From an uncultured Gemmatimonadota bacterium (lineage in GTDB: Bacteria > JAAXHH01), in NCBI GenBank assembly GCA_951812955.1, contig OX638340.1, positions 2,528,001-2,592,000 on the forward strand: a stretch of DNA of 64,000 nt, written 5' to 3'. Below the pieces are notes generated by a model, which was given only the letters and a program-made list of their open reading frames with translations, searched no databases and was not told the DNA's origin. Positions 23,621-33,110 of this stretch are shown here, one piece after another (the stretch's first letter is position 1; each line of letters starts with the position of its first letter). A program made the translations under genes and the position numbers.

Positions 23621-25696
23621 GTGAAGGAATATCGCATCGAAAACATCAGAAACATATGCCTCGCGGGCCACGGGGGGAGCGGCAAGACCTCCCTGGCGGA
23701 AGCCATGCTCTTCAACGCCGGCGCCACGAACCGCCTGGGCAGCGTGGACGATGGCAACACGGTTTCCGACTACCGCGAGGAAGAGATCGAGCACCGCATT
23801 TCGATGAACCTCACACCCCTTCACTTCGAGTGGAACGAACAGAACCTCCACGTGATCGACACCCCGGGATATTCCGATTTCACCAGCGAGGTGCACTGCG
23901 CGATGCGCGTCTCGGACAACGTGGCTATCGTGGTCAAGGCCATCGAAGGCATCGAGGTGGAGACCGAACGCGCCTGGGAATATACAGAACAGTACGGCCT
24001 GCCCCGCATGGTGGTGGTCAACCTGCTGGATAAGGAACACGCCGACTTCTACGACGTGCTGGGCCGCATCCAGGAACGGTTCGGCACGCAGGCCGTCCCC
24101 CTGCAAATCCCCATCGGCGAAGGCGAAGGCTTCGCGGGCGTTGTCGACCTGGTCGCCATGGAGGCGGTGACCTCTGAAGACGGCAAGGACAGCCGCGGCG
24201 AAATCCCCGGCGATCTCGCTGACCTGGCGGAGGAGTACCGTGAAAAGCTCATGGAGGCGGTGGCGGAATCCGACGATGGGCTGCTCGAGGTTTACTTCGA
24301 AGAAGGCGCATTGTCCGATGAGCAGCTCCTGGAAGGACTGCGAAAGGGTGTGCGGGAAGGCGCCATTTACCCCGTCATGGCGACATCGGCTACGCGGAAT
24401 ATCGGGGTCTCCGGCGTGATGGACGCGGTGGGAGCGTACCTGGCCTGCCCTGCGGACCGGCCGCCGGTTACGGTCACCCCTTCGGGAGGAGACGAAGAAA
24501 TCGCCCTGGATTCCGATCCATCCGGGCCCCTGGCGGCCCTTGTTTTCAAGACGGTTTCCGAAGCCCATATCGGAGAACTCACCTATTTCCGAGTGTATTC
24601 CGGCGAGATCAAGCACGGCGGCGACGTCTACAACTCGTCCAAGAACACGGCGGAGCGGTTCGGTCAGATCTACCAGACGAACGGCCACGAGCGGCATGAA
24701 CTGAACGTCATCCGCGCCGGCGAGATCGGGGCGACGGTCAAGCTGAAGGATACCCACACCGGCGACTCGCTCAGTACGAGACAGAAAACCTTCGACCTGG
24801 AGTGGGTGAACTTCTCCGAGCCCGTGGCGAACGTGGCCGTCCTGCCAAAGAGCAAGGAAGACGAGGAGAAGATCAGCACCGGCCTCTCCCGGCTGCACGA
24901 GGAAGATCCCTCCTTTACCTTCCAGTTCAACAGCGAGATCAAGCAGCTGATCCTGGCCGGGGCCGGCGAAATGCACCTGGACCTCATCGTCGAGCGGCTC
25001 AGCCGCCGTTTCGGCGTGGAAGTCGAGATGGTGCAGCCGCGCATTCCCTACCGCGAAGCAATCAAGGGCAAGTCCGAGGCCCAGGGCCGGTTCAAACGGC
25101 AGAGCGGAGGTCGCGGACAGTTCGGCGACGTCTGGCTGCGCGTGGAACCCAGGCATCGCGGCGACGGTTACGAATTCGACAACGGCATCGTCGGCGGAGC
25201 CGTCCCCAGCCGCTTCATTCCGGCGGTGGACAAGGGCATCCAGGAGGCCATGGTGGAGGGCGTGATGGCCAAGTATCCCGTGGTCGATCTGAAGGCCACG
25301 TTGTACGATGGCTCCTTCCACACGGTCGATTCATCCGAAATGGCCTTCAAGGTCGCCGCGTCCATGGGATTCAAGAAGGCCTTCATGGAAGCCCGGCCCG
25401 TCCTGCTCGAACCGATCTACGAAGTGGACGTGGTCGTCCCGGAAGACTATATGGGCGACGTCATGGGAGATCTTTCCAGCCGGCGCGGACGCATCCTGGG
25501 CATGTCGCCGCGGGGGAGCAACCAGGTGGTGCGGGCCGAAGTGCCCCTGGCCGAACTGTACAGGTACTCGACCGTGTTGCGATCGATAACGCACGGGCGC
25601 GGCAGCCACGCACGGAAATTCGTCCGCTACGAGGAAATACCGAAGGAAATCGAGAACAAGGTCATCGAAGAGGCCAAGACCCAGGAAGAGGACTGA
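23621..25696 (+). CDS. elongation factor G paralog (EF-G2-like translational GTPase)
   Basis: GTG start with GGAGGAG 6 nt upstream. G domain with divergent P-loop AGHGGSGKTS, DTPGYSDF, NLLD. EF-G domains II-V are conserved to the C-terminus. Not adjacent to rpsL/rpsG/tuf. Confidence 0.8.
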   Translation: MKEYRIENIRNICLAGHGGSGKTSLAEAMLFNAGATNRLGSVDDGNTVSDYREEEIEHRISMNLTPLHFEWNEQNLHVIDTPGYSDFTSEVHCAMRVSDNVAIVVKAIEGIEVETERAWEYTEQYGLPRMVVVNLLDKEHADFYDVLGRIQERFGTQAVPLQIPIGEGEGFAGVVDLVAMEAVTSEDGKDSRGEIPGDLADLAEEYREKLMEAVAESDDGLLEVYFEEGALSDEQLLEGLRKGVREGAIYPVMATSATRNIGVSGVMDAVGAYLACPADRPPVTVTPSGGDEEIALDSDPSGPLAALVFKTVSEAHIGELTYFRVYSGEIKHGGDVYNSSKNTAERFGQIYQTNGHERHELNVIRAGEIGATVKLKDTHTGDSLSTRQKTFDLEWVNFSEPVANVAVLPKSKEDEEKISTGLSRLHEEDPSFTFQFNSEIKQLILAGAGEMHLDLIVERLSRRFGVEVEMVQPRIPYREAIKGKSEAQGRFKRQSGGRGQFGDVWLRVEPRHRGDGYEFDNGIVGGAVPSRFIPAVDKGIQEAMVEGVMAKYPVVDLKATLYDGSFHTVDSSEMAFKVAASMGFKKAFMEARPVLLEPIYEVDVVVPEDYMGDVMGDLSSRRGRILGMSPRGSNQVVRAEVPLAELYRYSTVLRSITHGRGSHARKFVRYEEIPKEIENKVIEEAKTQEED

Positions 25697-25802
25697 CCGC
25701 CGGGCGTCGGTACGGAGTAATATAATAGGTAAGGCGGGCCGTTCGGGCCGGCCGGAGTGACCGAGGCGGGCTGTTCGGGTCGCCACAGGGAAGCATGGAT
25801 AC

Positions 25803-26783
25803 ATGGAACCCTTACTGAAAGTTGAGAACCTTTCGACCCACTTCTTGACCCGCAACGGCGCGGTGCGGGCCGTGGACGACGTCAGTTTCGACGTGGCGGA
25901 AGGGGAAACGGTGGGCATCGTGGGGGAGAGCGGATGCGGCAAGAGCGCCACCGTGCTGTCCATCATGCGGCTCATCCCGAGTCCTCCGGGCCGCATCGTC
26001 AACGGCAACATCCTGTTCAGGCCGGGGGCCGACGAACCAGCGGTCGACCTGCGCAACATTTCGGAACGCGAAATGCAGAAAATCCGGGGCAATATCGTCT
26101 CCATGGTGTTCCAGGATCCGATGACGTCCCTCAACCCGGTGCTGACCATAGGATGGCAGCTGCGGGAACCCCTCCAGCTGCATCTCGGCCTCGACAAGAA
26201 AGAGGCCACGGACCGCAGCATCGAACTGCTGCAGATGGTCAACATCCCGAGCCCGGAACAGCGCCTCAACGACTACCCCCACCAGTTCAGCGGGGGCATG
26301 AGGCAGCGCGTGATGATCGCCATGGCCATCGCGTGCAACCCGAAACTGCTTATCGCGGACGAGCCGACCACGGCGCTGGACGTCACCATCCAGGCGCAGA
26401 TCCTGGAGCTGATGATGAAGCTGCAGGAAGAACTGAACATGTCCGTCGTCATCATCACCCACGACCTCGGGGTCGTGGGCGAGGTGTGCGACCGGGTGAT
26501 CGTCATGTACGCCGGCCGGATCATCGAATCGGGCCCGGTGGATACGCTGCTCGACGATCCCAAGCATCCCTACACGCACGGACTGCTCCAGTCCGTTCCC
26601 AAGCTCGGCGCCACGGTGAAGGAGCGCATGGAACCCATCGACGGGCTGCCGCCGAACCTGATCAACCTGCCTGCCGGCTGCCGGTTTGCGCCGCGGTGCC
26701 CCAGCCGATTCGATCTGTGCGGCGACGATCCGGATTTGAAGGACGTGGCGCAGGGACACGACTGCGCCTGCTGGCTGTACTGA
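25803..26783 (+). CDS. ABC transporter ATP-binding protein, oligopeptide/dipeptide type (OppD/DppD-like)
   Basis: Walker A GESGCGKS, signature [14 protein letters not shown], Walker [14 protein letters not shown]-terminal oligopeptide-ABC extension. Confidence 0.85.
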   Translation: MEPLLKVENLSTHFLTRNGAVRAVDDVSFDVAEGETVGIVGESGCGKSATVLSIMRLIPSPPGRIVNGNILFRPGADEPAVDLRNISEREMQKIRGNIVSMVFQDPMTSLNPVLTIGWQLREPLQLHLGLDKKEATDRSIELLQMVNIPSPEQRLNDYPHQFSGGMRQRVMIAMAIACNPKLLIADEPTTALDVTIQAQILELMMKLQEELNMSVVIITHDLGVVGEVCDRVIVMYAGRIIESGPVDTLLDDPKHPYTHGLLQSVPKLGATVKERMEPIDGLPPNLINLPAGCRFAPRCPSRFDLCGDDPDLKDVAQGHDCACWLY

Positions 26784-26843
26784 CTCAGGCCGCACTAATG
26801 CCGGCTATACTGACTCAGACCGCATGCAATCCTGGAGGACGCG

Positions 26844-27812
26844 TTGAACGAGCCCCTGCTGCAACTGGATAACCTGGTCAAGCACTTCGAGCTGGAAGAA
26901 GGCCTGGGCCGCACGCAAGAAGGCGGCACCGTGCGGGCGCTGGACGGCGTTTCCTTCTCCATCGACCGGGGCGAAACTTTCGGACTGGTGGGAGAAAGCG
27001 GCTGCGGAAAATCCACCCTGGGCCTGACCTTGCTGCAGCTCTACCGGCCCACGGCGGGAAAAGTCCTCTTCGAAAGCAACGACCTGGCGGCCATGTCCGA
27101 AAACGAACTGAAGCCCGTCCGCAAGCGTCTGCAGATGATCTTCCAGGACCCCTACGCCTCCCTGGACCCGCGCATGACGGTGGGGAATATCGTGCAGGAA
27201 CCCCTCGACATCCATCGCGTGGGCAACCGGGAAGAACGGAAGGCGAGACTCGTCAGCCTGCTCGATATGGTCGGACTGAGCGAAGCCTACGTGGACCGCT
27301 ATCCCCATGAGTTCAGCGGTGGCCAGCGGCAACGCATCGGAATCGCCCGGGCGATCGCGCTGAACCCGAGCCTCATTATCTGCGACGAGCCCGTATCCGC
27401 ACTGGACGTGTCTATACAGGTCCAGATCCTGAACCTGCTCCAGGACTTGCAGACCGAGCTGAACCTGACCTACTTGTTCATCGCCCACAACCTGGCCGTC
27501 GTCGCCCACATCAGCGATCGCATCGGGGTCATGTACCTCGGCAAGCTCATCGAGTCGGGACGGACCTCCGATGTGACGGACAACGCCCAGCACCCCTATA
27601 CGCAGAGCCTGCTGTCCGCCGTGCCGGAAATCAGCAAACGTCGCCAGAAGCAGCGCATCCAACTGACAGGAGACGTTCCCAGTCCGGTCAACCCGCCTTC
27701 GGGCTGCCGTTTTCATCCCCGCTGCCCCATCGCGAAGGCCGATTGCGCCGAGCACGAACCGGAACTCAAACAGAATGACAGCGGCCACTGGGTGGCCTGT
27801 CATTACGCCTGA
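26844..27812 (+). CDS. ABC transporter ATP-binding protein, oligopeptide/dipeptide type (OppF/DppF-like)
   Basis: Walker [10 protein letters not shown], signature FSGGQRQRIGIARA, Walker B LIICDEPVSALD. Confidence 0.85.
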   Translation: MNEPLLQLDNLVKHFELEEGLGRTQEGGTVRALDGVSFSIDRGETFGLVGESGCGKSTLGLTLLQLYRPTAGKVLFESNDLAAMSENELKPVRKRLQMIFQDPYASLDPRMTVGNIVQEPLDIHRVGNREERKARLVSLLDMVGLSEAYVDRYPHEFSGGQRQRIGIARAIALNPSLIICDEPVSALDVSIQVQILNLLQDLQTELNLTYLFIAHNLAVVAHISDRIGVMYLGKLIESGRTSDVTDNAQHPYTQSLLSAVPEISKRRQKQRIQLTGDVPSPVNPPSGCRFHPRCPIAKADCAEHEPELKQNDSGHWVACHYA

Positions 27813-27841
27813 AGCGCCACGCCTGACCCATTAATCCGAAC

Positions 27842-28936
27842 ATGTCTTCTTCCCTTTCCGGCGAGTCGAACCGAATGCGTTACGATGTCATTACATTCGG
27901 CGAGACCATGATCCGGTATTCGCCGGTGGACGGCCAGATGCTGGAACAGGCCGATTACCTGCGGGCCGATCCGGCGGGCACGGAATCCAACATGGCCGTG
28001 GCCCTGGCCAGGATGGGCGCCGACGTGGCCTGGGTCTCCGCCCTCCCGGATCATCCCGCGGGGCGGTGGATCGCCTCCCGCCTGGCCCTTCACGGCGTGG
28101 ACACGTCCCACGTGGCGTGGTCGGATGGGCGGGCCGATCGGAACGGGCAGACTAGCGGGGCAGGGCAGACTGGCGGGGCCGGGCAGGCCTTAGGACCCAT
28201 GGATTCCACGCGGCCCGAGCGGGCCATGCGGACCGGCGTATTCTTTCTCGAACCCGGCACACCGCCGAGAGGCAGCCGGGTCGTCTACGACCGAGCCGGT
28301 TCCGCCGCAACCAGAATGACGAGCGAGATGGTGGAACGGGCGCTGCGGTCCGGCGCCCGAATCGTGCATACGTCCGGCATCACGGCTTCCCTGGGCCCGG
28401 CGTGCCTCGAAACCGTCACCCGGATCCTGGAAAAACGGTCGGAGGGCGGATACCGGACGTCCTTCGACATCAACTACCGGGCCAAGCTGTGGTCGCCCGA
28501 GCAGGCACGCGAGGTCCTGGACACCTTGCTGGCCCAGGTCGACATCCTGGTGTCGACGTCCGACGACGCAGCGTTGATCTTCGGGCTGGACGGCGCGCCG
28601 GAGGCAACCATCGACGCCTTCCACGCGCGGTTCGGGAACGAAATTATCGTGCTGACGCTGGCCGAGGGCGGGGCCGTAGGCTGGTCCGCGGAGACCGGCT
28701 TTCTCTACACGAAGCCCTACGTGGTGGAACCGGTCGACCGGCTTGGCGCCGGGGATGCCTTCGATGCCGGTCTGCTGTACGGCCTGCTGCGGAAAGATCT
28801 CCCGACCGGGCTTTCCTACGGCACCGCGCTGTCCGCGCTGTCCTTTTCGGAACGGGGCGACGTGACGTGGGCTACGCTGGAGGAAGTGAAGGGGATGGCC
28901 CGTCCGGTCGGTCGCACGCGGTCCGCTGGATCATGA
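27842..28936 (+). CDS. PfkB-family sugar kinase (2-keto-3-deoxygluconate kinase-like) with a repeat-encoded low-complexity insertion
   Basis: N-terminal motif after MRYDVITFGETM. C-terminal PfkB signature LGAGDAFDAGLLYGL. An 18-bp tandem repeat at ~28145-28180 encodes GQTSGAGQTGGAGQ. The start may be the internal Met at ~27875. Confidence 0.75.
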   Translation: MSSSLSGESNRMRYDVITFGETMIRYSPVDGQMLEQADYLRADPAGTESNMAVALARMGADVAWVSALPDHPAGRWIASRLALHGVDTSHVAWSDGRADRNGQTSGAGQTGGAGQALGPMDSTRPERAMRTGVFFLEPGTPPRGSRVVYDRAGSAATRMTSEMVERALRSGARIVHTSGITASLGPACLETVTRILEKRSEGGYRTSFDINYRAKLWSPEQAREVLDTLLAQVDILVSTSDDAALIFGLDGAPEATIDAFHARFGNEIIVLTLAEGGAVGWSAETGFLYTKPYVVEPVDRLGAGDAFDAGLLYGLLRKDLPTGLSYGTALSALSFSERGDVTWATLEEVKGMARPVGRTRSAGS

Positions 28937-30120
28937 AGACGAAAGCAACTCCCAACACGCCCATCCGGAAGCCGGTCATGACGACCGTGGGTATACTGAG
29001 CCGCCGCGCACCCAATGAAGCAGGCCGCCCCTTCGGTCCACCCACGGGGTTTTTCGTGGAGTGCTGCCAGGCCGCTGCGAAGCTCGACCTGCGCGCGGTG
29101 GTATTCGACGCGTTGGACGTGGATCCCGGGAAAGGCACGATAAAGCCGGCCACGGTCGTGGACGGCAGGTGGGTCGAATGCGGCCTTGAACCTTTTCCGA
29201 CGGTCATATACGACCGCGCGCCCGTGGTCGATCCGGCCGGTTCAGCCGCGGCGGAGCCGGTGCGGAGTCTGTTCGACCGGGCCGGTATCTCTTTCGTGAA
29301 TCCCCTCCCGTTCATCCGCCTGGCCGCCGACAAGCTGGAAACGTACCGGCGCATGTCGGACGGCGGTCTCCCCGTGGCGCATACCGCCCCGCTCGATGAG
29401 CAGTCTCTGCGGACTTTTCTGTCCCGCTACGATCATGTGTACGTCAAGCCGAGGGCGGGGTCCCAGGGAACGGGCGTCATCGAAGTCGTACGGACCGGGG
29501 ATGGGTGCCATGTCATACGGACGCTGGCCGCTACCTACGAGTTACGAGGCGCGCAACCGGCGAGGGACCGGATCATGGACCTGGCCGGCCACGGCCCAAC
29601 AGGAGCTCTCGACTGCCTGGTGCAGCAGGGGATATCGGCCGAACCCCCGGGCGAAAGGCGCTTCCCTCGGTTCGACCTGCGGTTGCTGATGCAGAAGAAC
29701 GGCCATGCACGGTGTATACTGACCGGCCTGGTTGCCCGTATCAGCCAGACAAGCGGTCCTACGACCAACCTGAGCAACGGCGCCCGCTCAGAAGAGGCGG
29801 AACCCCTGCTCGACGCGCTTTATGGCCGGTCTATGCGTAAGGAGGTCCTGCGCCGCGCCGCGAAGGCGTCTCACGCGACGTGCGGGTTGATGGAGTCGGA
29901 GCTGGGACCCATCGGGGAAGTGGGACTCGATATCGTGCCGGACGCCGCCGGCATGCCCTGGATTATCGAAGTCAACGCCCGCCCCGGCAGGAACGTGTTC
30001 AAGCGCATTGCCGACAGCGCGGACGTTTCTGCACCGGCGCGCCGGCGTTTCGGCGCGATACGGCGCAGCGCCGTGTCCCGCCCCTTCGAGTATGCGAAGA
30101 CCCTGGCCAGCACGGGATGA
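28933..30120 (+). CDS. ATP-grasp domain protein, YheC/YheD-like
   Basis: ATG overlaps the kinase stop (ATGA). Motifs HVYVKPRAGSQGTGV and GEVGLDIVPDAAGMPWIIEVNARPG are typical of ATP-grasp ligases. The long ORF 28402-30120 upstream of 28933 is read-through in another frame of the kinase. Confidence 0.65.
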   Translation: MKTKATPNTPIRKPVMTTVGILSRRAPNEAGRPFGPPTGFFVECCQAAAKLDLRAVVFDALDVDPGKGTIKPATVVDGRWVECGLEPFPTVIYDRAPVVDPAGSAAAEPVRSLFDRAGISFVNPLPFIRLAADKLETYRRMSDGGLPVAHTAPLDEQSLRTFLSRYDHVYVKPRAGSQGTGVIEVVRTGDGCHVIRTLAATYELRGAQPARDRIMDLAGHGPTGALDCLVQQGISAEPPGERRFPRFDLRLLMQKNGHARCILTGLVARISQTSGPTTNLSNGARSEEAEPLLDALYGRSMRKEVLRRAAKASHATCGLMESELGPIGEVGLDIVPDAAGMPWIIEVNARPGRNVFKRIADSADVSAPARRRFGAIRRSAVSRPFEYAKTLASTG

Positions 30121-30124
30121 GCGT

Positions 30125-31468
30125 ATGACCTTCAAAGAGGCGCTGGACTATCTCTACGACTTCGTGGATTTCGAAAAGATGCCGGGCGCCGCGCCTGAAC
30201 GCATGGACCTGGCGGGCATCACTTCGCTGACGGAAGCCCTGGGCCATCCCGAAATGCATTGGAAATCGGTACACGTGGCGGGGACCAAGGGGAAGGGATC
30301 CACCGCCGTCATGATCGCGTCCATCGTCCGCGAGAGCGGTCACCGCGTCGGTCTGTACACGTCTCCGCACCTGGTGTCGCTGCGCGAACGCATCCAGGTC
30401 GACGGCGAGCCGATCTCCGAGCGCGAATTCGCCGATCTCACGGAACGAACGCGTCCTGTGATCGAAGGGATCAGGCTGCGGCCGGAAGGGATGGGCTCGT
30501 TTTTTGATATACTCACGGCCATGGCCTTTGTGTATTTTAAGGAACGAAGCGTAGACTTGGCGGTGGTCGAATGCGGTCTCGGCGGACGACTTGACTCGAC
30601 CAACGTGATCCAGCCGATGGTCTGTGCGATTACGCCCGTCGGGCTGGACCACACGGACCGCCTCGGAGAGACGATCGCGGAGATCGCCCGCGAAAAAGCA
30701 GGAATCGTAAAAGAAAGCGCCTGTACCGTTACCGCCGTCCAGTCGCGGCAGGCGTCGAAGGTGATCCGGGAGGCCTGCCGGCTTCGGTCGAGTCCCATGG
30801 TGGAAGCGGGCGTCGACGTGCGGTACGCGCTCCGGGAAGAATCGGTGGGGCGGCAGGTGGTCGATATCGAGACCGCCGGCGGGGTGTATGAAGGGGTAAC
30901 GCTCCCGTTGTCCGGGGCGTTCCAGGCCGGTAACGCGGCCGTGGCGGTGGGCGTGGCGGAGGCGCTGGCGAAGCAGGGCATGGAAGTAACGCGACAAGCC
31001 GTGCGCCGCGGCCTCTCGAAGGTGCGGTTGCCGGGACGCATGGAGGTATTCCAGCGCCGGCCGTGGCTGGTACTGGACGTGGCCCACAACGTGCTGGCGG
31101 CGGAGAACCTGACGGCCAGCCTGCGCCGGCTGTTCCCGGCCCGACGCGTAATCGTCGTGTTGTCCGCGCACCGCGACAAGGCGGTCGGGGCGCTTTGCGA
31201 GGTCATTGCGCGTTACGCCGACGAAATCCTCGTTCCCGAGCGGCGGGTACTTAGAAACAGGCAGGCCGATCCCGGGGAAGTGGCCGATGCCTGCACAGGT
31301 CTTGGAACGCCGTCACGGACGGCGACGTCGGTGGCGGACGCCATCGCGGAGGCGAGGACCCTGGCGCAACCGGACGACCTGATCCTAGTGACAGGGTGTT
31401 TCGCGCTGGTGGGAGAAGCCATCGAGATACTGCGCGGGATGGAGCCGGAAGAAACGCGCAGCCGTTGA
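30125..31468 (+). CDS. folC: dihydrofolate synthase / folylpolyglutamate synthase (Mur ligase family)
   Basis: VAGTKGKGST P-loop, Mur-ligase middle and C-terminal domains. Start 4 nt after the ATP-grasp stop. Confidence 0.85.
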   Translation: MTFKEALDYLYDFVDFEKMPGAAPERMDLAGITSLTEALGHPEMHWKSVHVAGTKGKGSTAVMIASIVRESGHRVGLYTSPHLVSLRERIQVDGEPISEREFADLTERTRPVIEGIRLRPEGMGSFFDILTAMAFVYFKERSVDLAVVECGLGGRLDSTNVIQPMVCAITPVGLDHTDRLGETIAEIAREKAGIVKESACTVTAVQSRQASKVIREACRLRSSPMVEAGVDVRYALREESVGRQVVDIETAGGVYEGVTLPLSGAFQAGNAAVAVGVAEALAKQGMEVTRQAVRRGLSKVRLPGRMEVFQRRPWLVLDVAHNVLAAENLTASLRRLFPARRVIVVLSAHRDKAVGALCEVIARYADEILVPERRVLRNRQADPGEVADACTGLGTPSRTATSVADAIAEARTLAQPDDLILVTGCFALVGEAIEILRGMEPEETRSR

Positions 31469-31522
31469 AGAGATTCATACTTGAAGGCGGTTGAAGAGAA
31501 CCATACCGGAAGGCGGTAGTGA

Positions 31523-33061
31523 ATGAGCGAAAGAAACCAGACATCGGGAATCGATCCGTTGCGTACGGTCCTGGCGACCGCCCTGTGCGTCCTTTACCTT
31601 TACGCTCTCGGGACCACCGCGGCCGCGCCGCAGTCGTCCACCGCGGCGTCACAGCAGTCGTCCACCGCGGGATCACAGCAGCCGGCTGAATCGGCCGCCG
31701 GGACGGTCCAGCCGCCCGCGCCCGCCCAGGAAGACGCGGCCCCGGACACCTCCCTGACGCTCGAACAACGGCAGCAGGCGGCGGTACAGCAGTTTCTTAC
31801 CAACGTCGCCCTCGCGAAGAACAACCTGGGCGCCGTTTATTACGCGCAGGGACAGTTCGACAGCGCACAGGTACATCTCGAACACGCCCTGGAGGTCGCT
31901 CCGGGCTTCGCCGCCGCTTACCTCACACTGGGGTTGATCCACCACGCCAGGGGGGACATGGCCGCGGCGCTGGAGGCGTTCAAGAAGACCGTAGAGGGCG
32001 ATACACTAAGCATCGCGCGGATGAGTATCGTTCCATCCGATACCGTCTATGCCTGGGCCAGCAGCCAGTACGCGAATATGATGGAGGGGACGCCGAATCT
32101 GGCCGCCGCCCATACCGCCATGGCGATCGTGTACAACCAGGGCGGGTACCTCGACGAAGCGGTCCACCATTACCGGCAGGCTATTGAGGACGATTCCTCC
32201 TACGTCGACGCCTATACCAATCTCGGCAAGGTCTATTCAGATACCGAAGAATACGAAATGGCGGCCGATGCCTACGAGAAGGTGCTCACCCTGTCTCCCC
32301 CAGAGGACCAGTTGCCCAGGATCCATCTCAATCTTGGCGTCTCATACATGGGCATGGACCGCGTCGACGACGCGATCAGGGAATGGAAACGGGCCGTCGA
32401 TCTTCAGCCGGACTACGTGGACGCCTACATGAACCTGGGAACCGCATTCCAGAATAAGAATCTGCCGGACAGCACGCGCGTCGTCTGGGAAAGAGCCCTG
32501 GAGGTCGGCGGGCAGTCGGTCGTGCCTCGTATCGCATTGGGCCGCCTGGCGTTCGCCGAGGACCGCCTGTCAGATGCCCTGAGCTACTACGGGCAAGTAC
32601 TCGAGCTGGGCGCGAGAGATCCCCGCATTTTCGTGGAAATCGCCATGGTACATGAACGGAGTGAAGACTTCGACCAGGCGATTGTCCAATACGAACAGGC
32701 GCTCGCCCTGGCGCCGGACAACGCTCAGCTGAAAGCCGCGTTGAACCGTGTCAGGCGGATCGTGGAGGAACGGACGACGGCCATCGAGTCAAACAAGATC
32801 CGCGTTCGCCAGATCGTCGTCGCCACGCAGGCGGAAGCGCAGGCGGCGATGAATCGGTTGCAGGCAGGCGCCGATTTCGTCGAACTGGCCCGGGAATTAT
32901 CCATCGATTCGAGCAGGGACAGCGGGGGTGACCTCGGGTTCTTCGGCCCGGGAGAGATGATCCCGGAATTCGAGCAGGCCGCGATGGAGCTGAAGGTCGG
33001 TGAGTTAAGCGGGGTCGTTCAAACGCCCATGGGTTTTCACATCATCAGGCGAATCGAGTAG
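31523..33061 (+). CDS. secreted TPR-repeat protein with C-terminal PpiC/parvulin peptidyl-prolyl isomerase domain
   Basis: Signal peptide. Repeat-encoded QSSTAASQQSSTAGSQQ segment. Several TPRs (AAAYLTLGLIHHARGDMAAAL, AYTNLGKVY, AYMNLGTAF). C-terminus FFGPGEMIPEFEQAAMELKVGELSGVVQTPMGFHIIRR is parvulin-like. Confidence 0.75.
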   Translation: MSERNQTSGIDPLRTVLATALCVLYLYALGTTAAAPQSSTAASQQSSTAGSQQPAESAAGTVQPPAPAQEDAAPDTSLTLEQRQQAAVQQFLTNVALAKNNLGAVYYAQGQFDSAQVHLEHALEVAPGFAAAYLTLGLIHHARGDMAAALEAFKKTVEGDTLSIARMSIVPSDTVYAWASSQYANMMEGTPNLAAAHTAMAIVYNQGGYLDEAVHHYRQAIEDDSSYVDAYTNLGKVYSDTEEYEMAADAYEKVLTLSPPEDQLPRIHLNLGVSYMGMDRVDDAIREWKRAVDLQPDYVDAYMNLGTAFQNKNLPDSTRVVWERALEVGGQSVVPRIALGRLAFAEDRLSDALSYYGQVLELGARDPRIFVEIAMVHERSEDFDQAIVQYEQALALAPDNAQLKAALNRVRRIVEERTTAIESNKIRVRQIVVATQAEAQAAMNRLQAGADFVELARELSIDSSRDSGGDLGFFGPGEMIPEFEQAAMELKVGELSGVVQTPMGFHIIRRIE

Positions 33062-33110
33062 CGCGCCGCCGCGGGCAGCCGGTCGCGTCCACGGCATTGA
33101 AGGGAAACAG

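Noticed and set aside
23570-25321. Long antisense ORFs opposite real genes. Examples: 583 aa opposite the EF-G gene, 25331-26269, 25812-26795, 26805-27803, 29999-31171, 35346-36713, 50331-51590, 51475-53397, and many 60-200 aa ORFs.
   Set aside because: High GC gives long stop-free frames. The sense-strand genes have clear conserved motifs and the antisense translations are Arg/Ala/Pro/Gly-rich with no family resemblance.
28143-28190. Short tandem repeats (here, 37830-37913, 43545-43610, 55746-55850, 34062-34186) considered as possible CRISPR arrays
   Set aside because: The units are contiguous with no unique spacers, and most lie inside coding sequence and keep the reading frame. No cas genes are present in the window.
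28402-28932. N-terminal 177-aa extension of the ATP-grasp ORF (ORF 28402-30120)
   Set aside because: It overlaps the PfkB kinase in another frame and is Arg/Gly-rich nonsense. The conserved protein begins at the ATG at 28933, which is coupled to the kinase stop.
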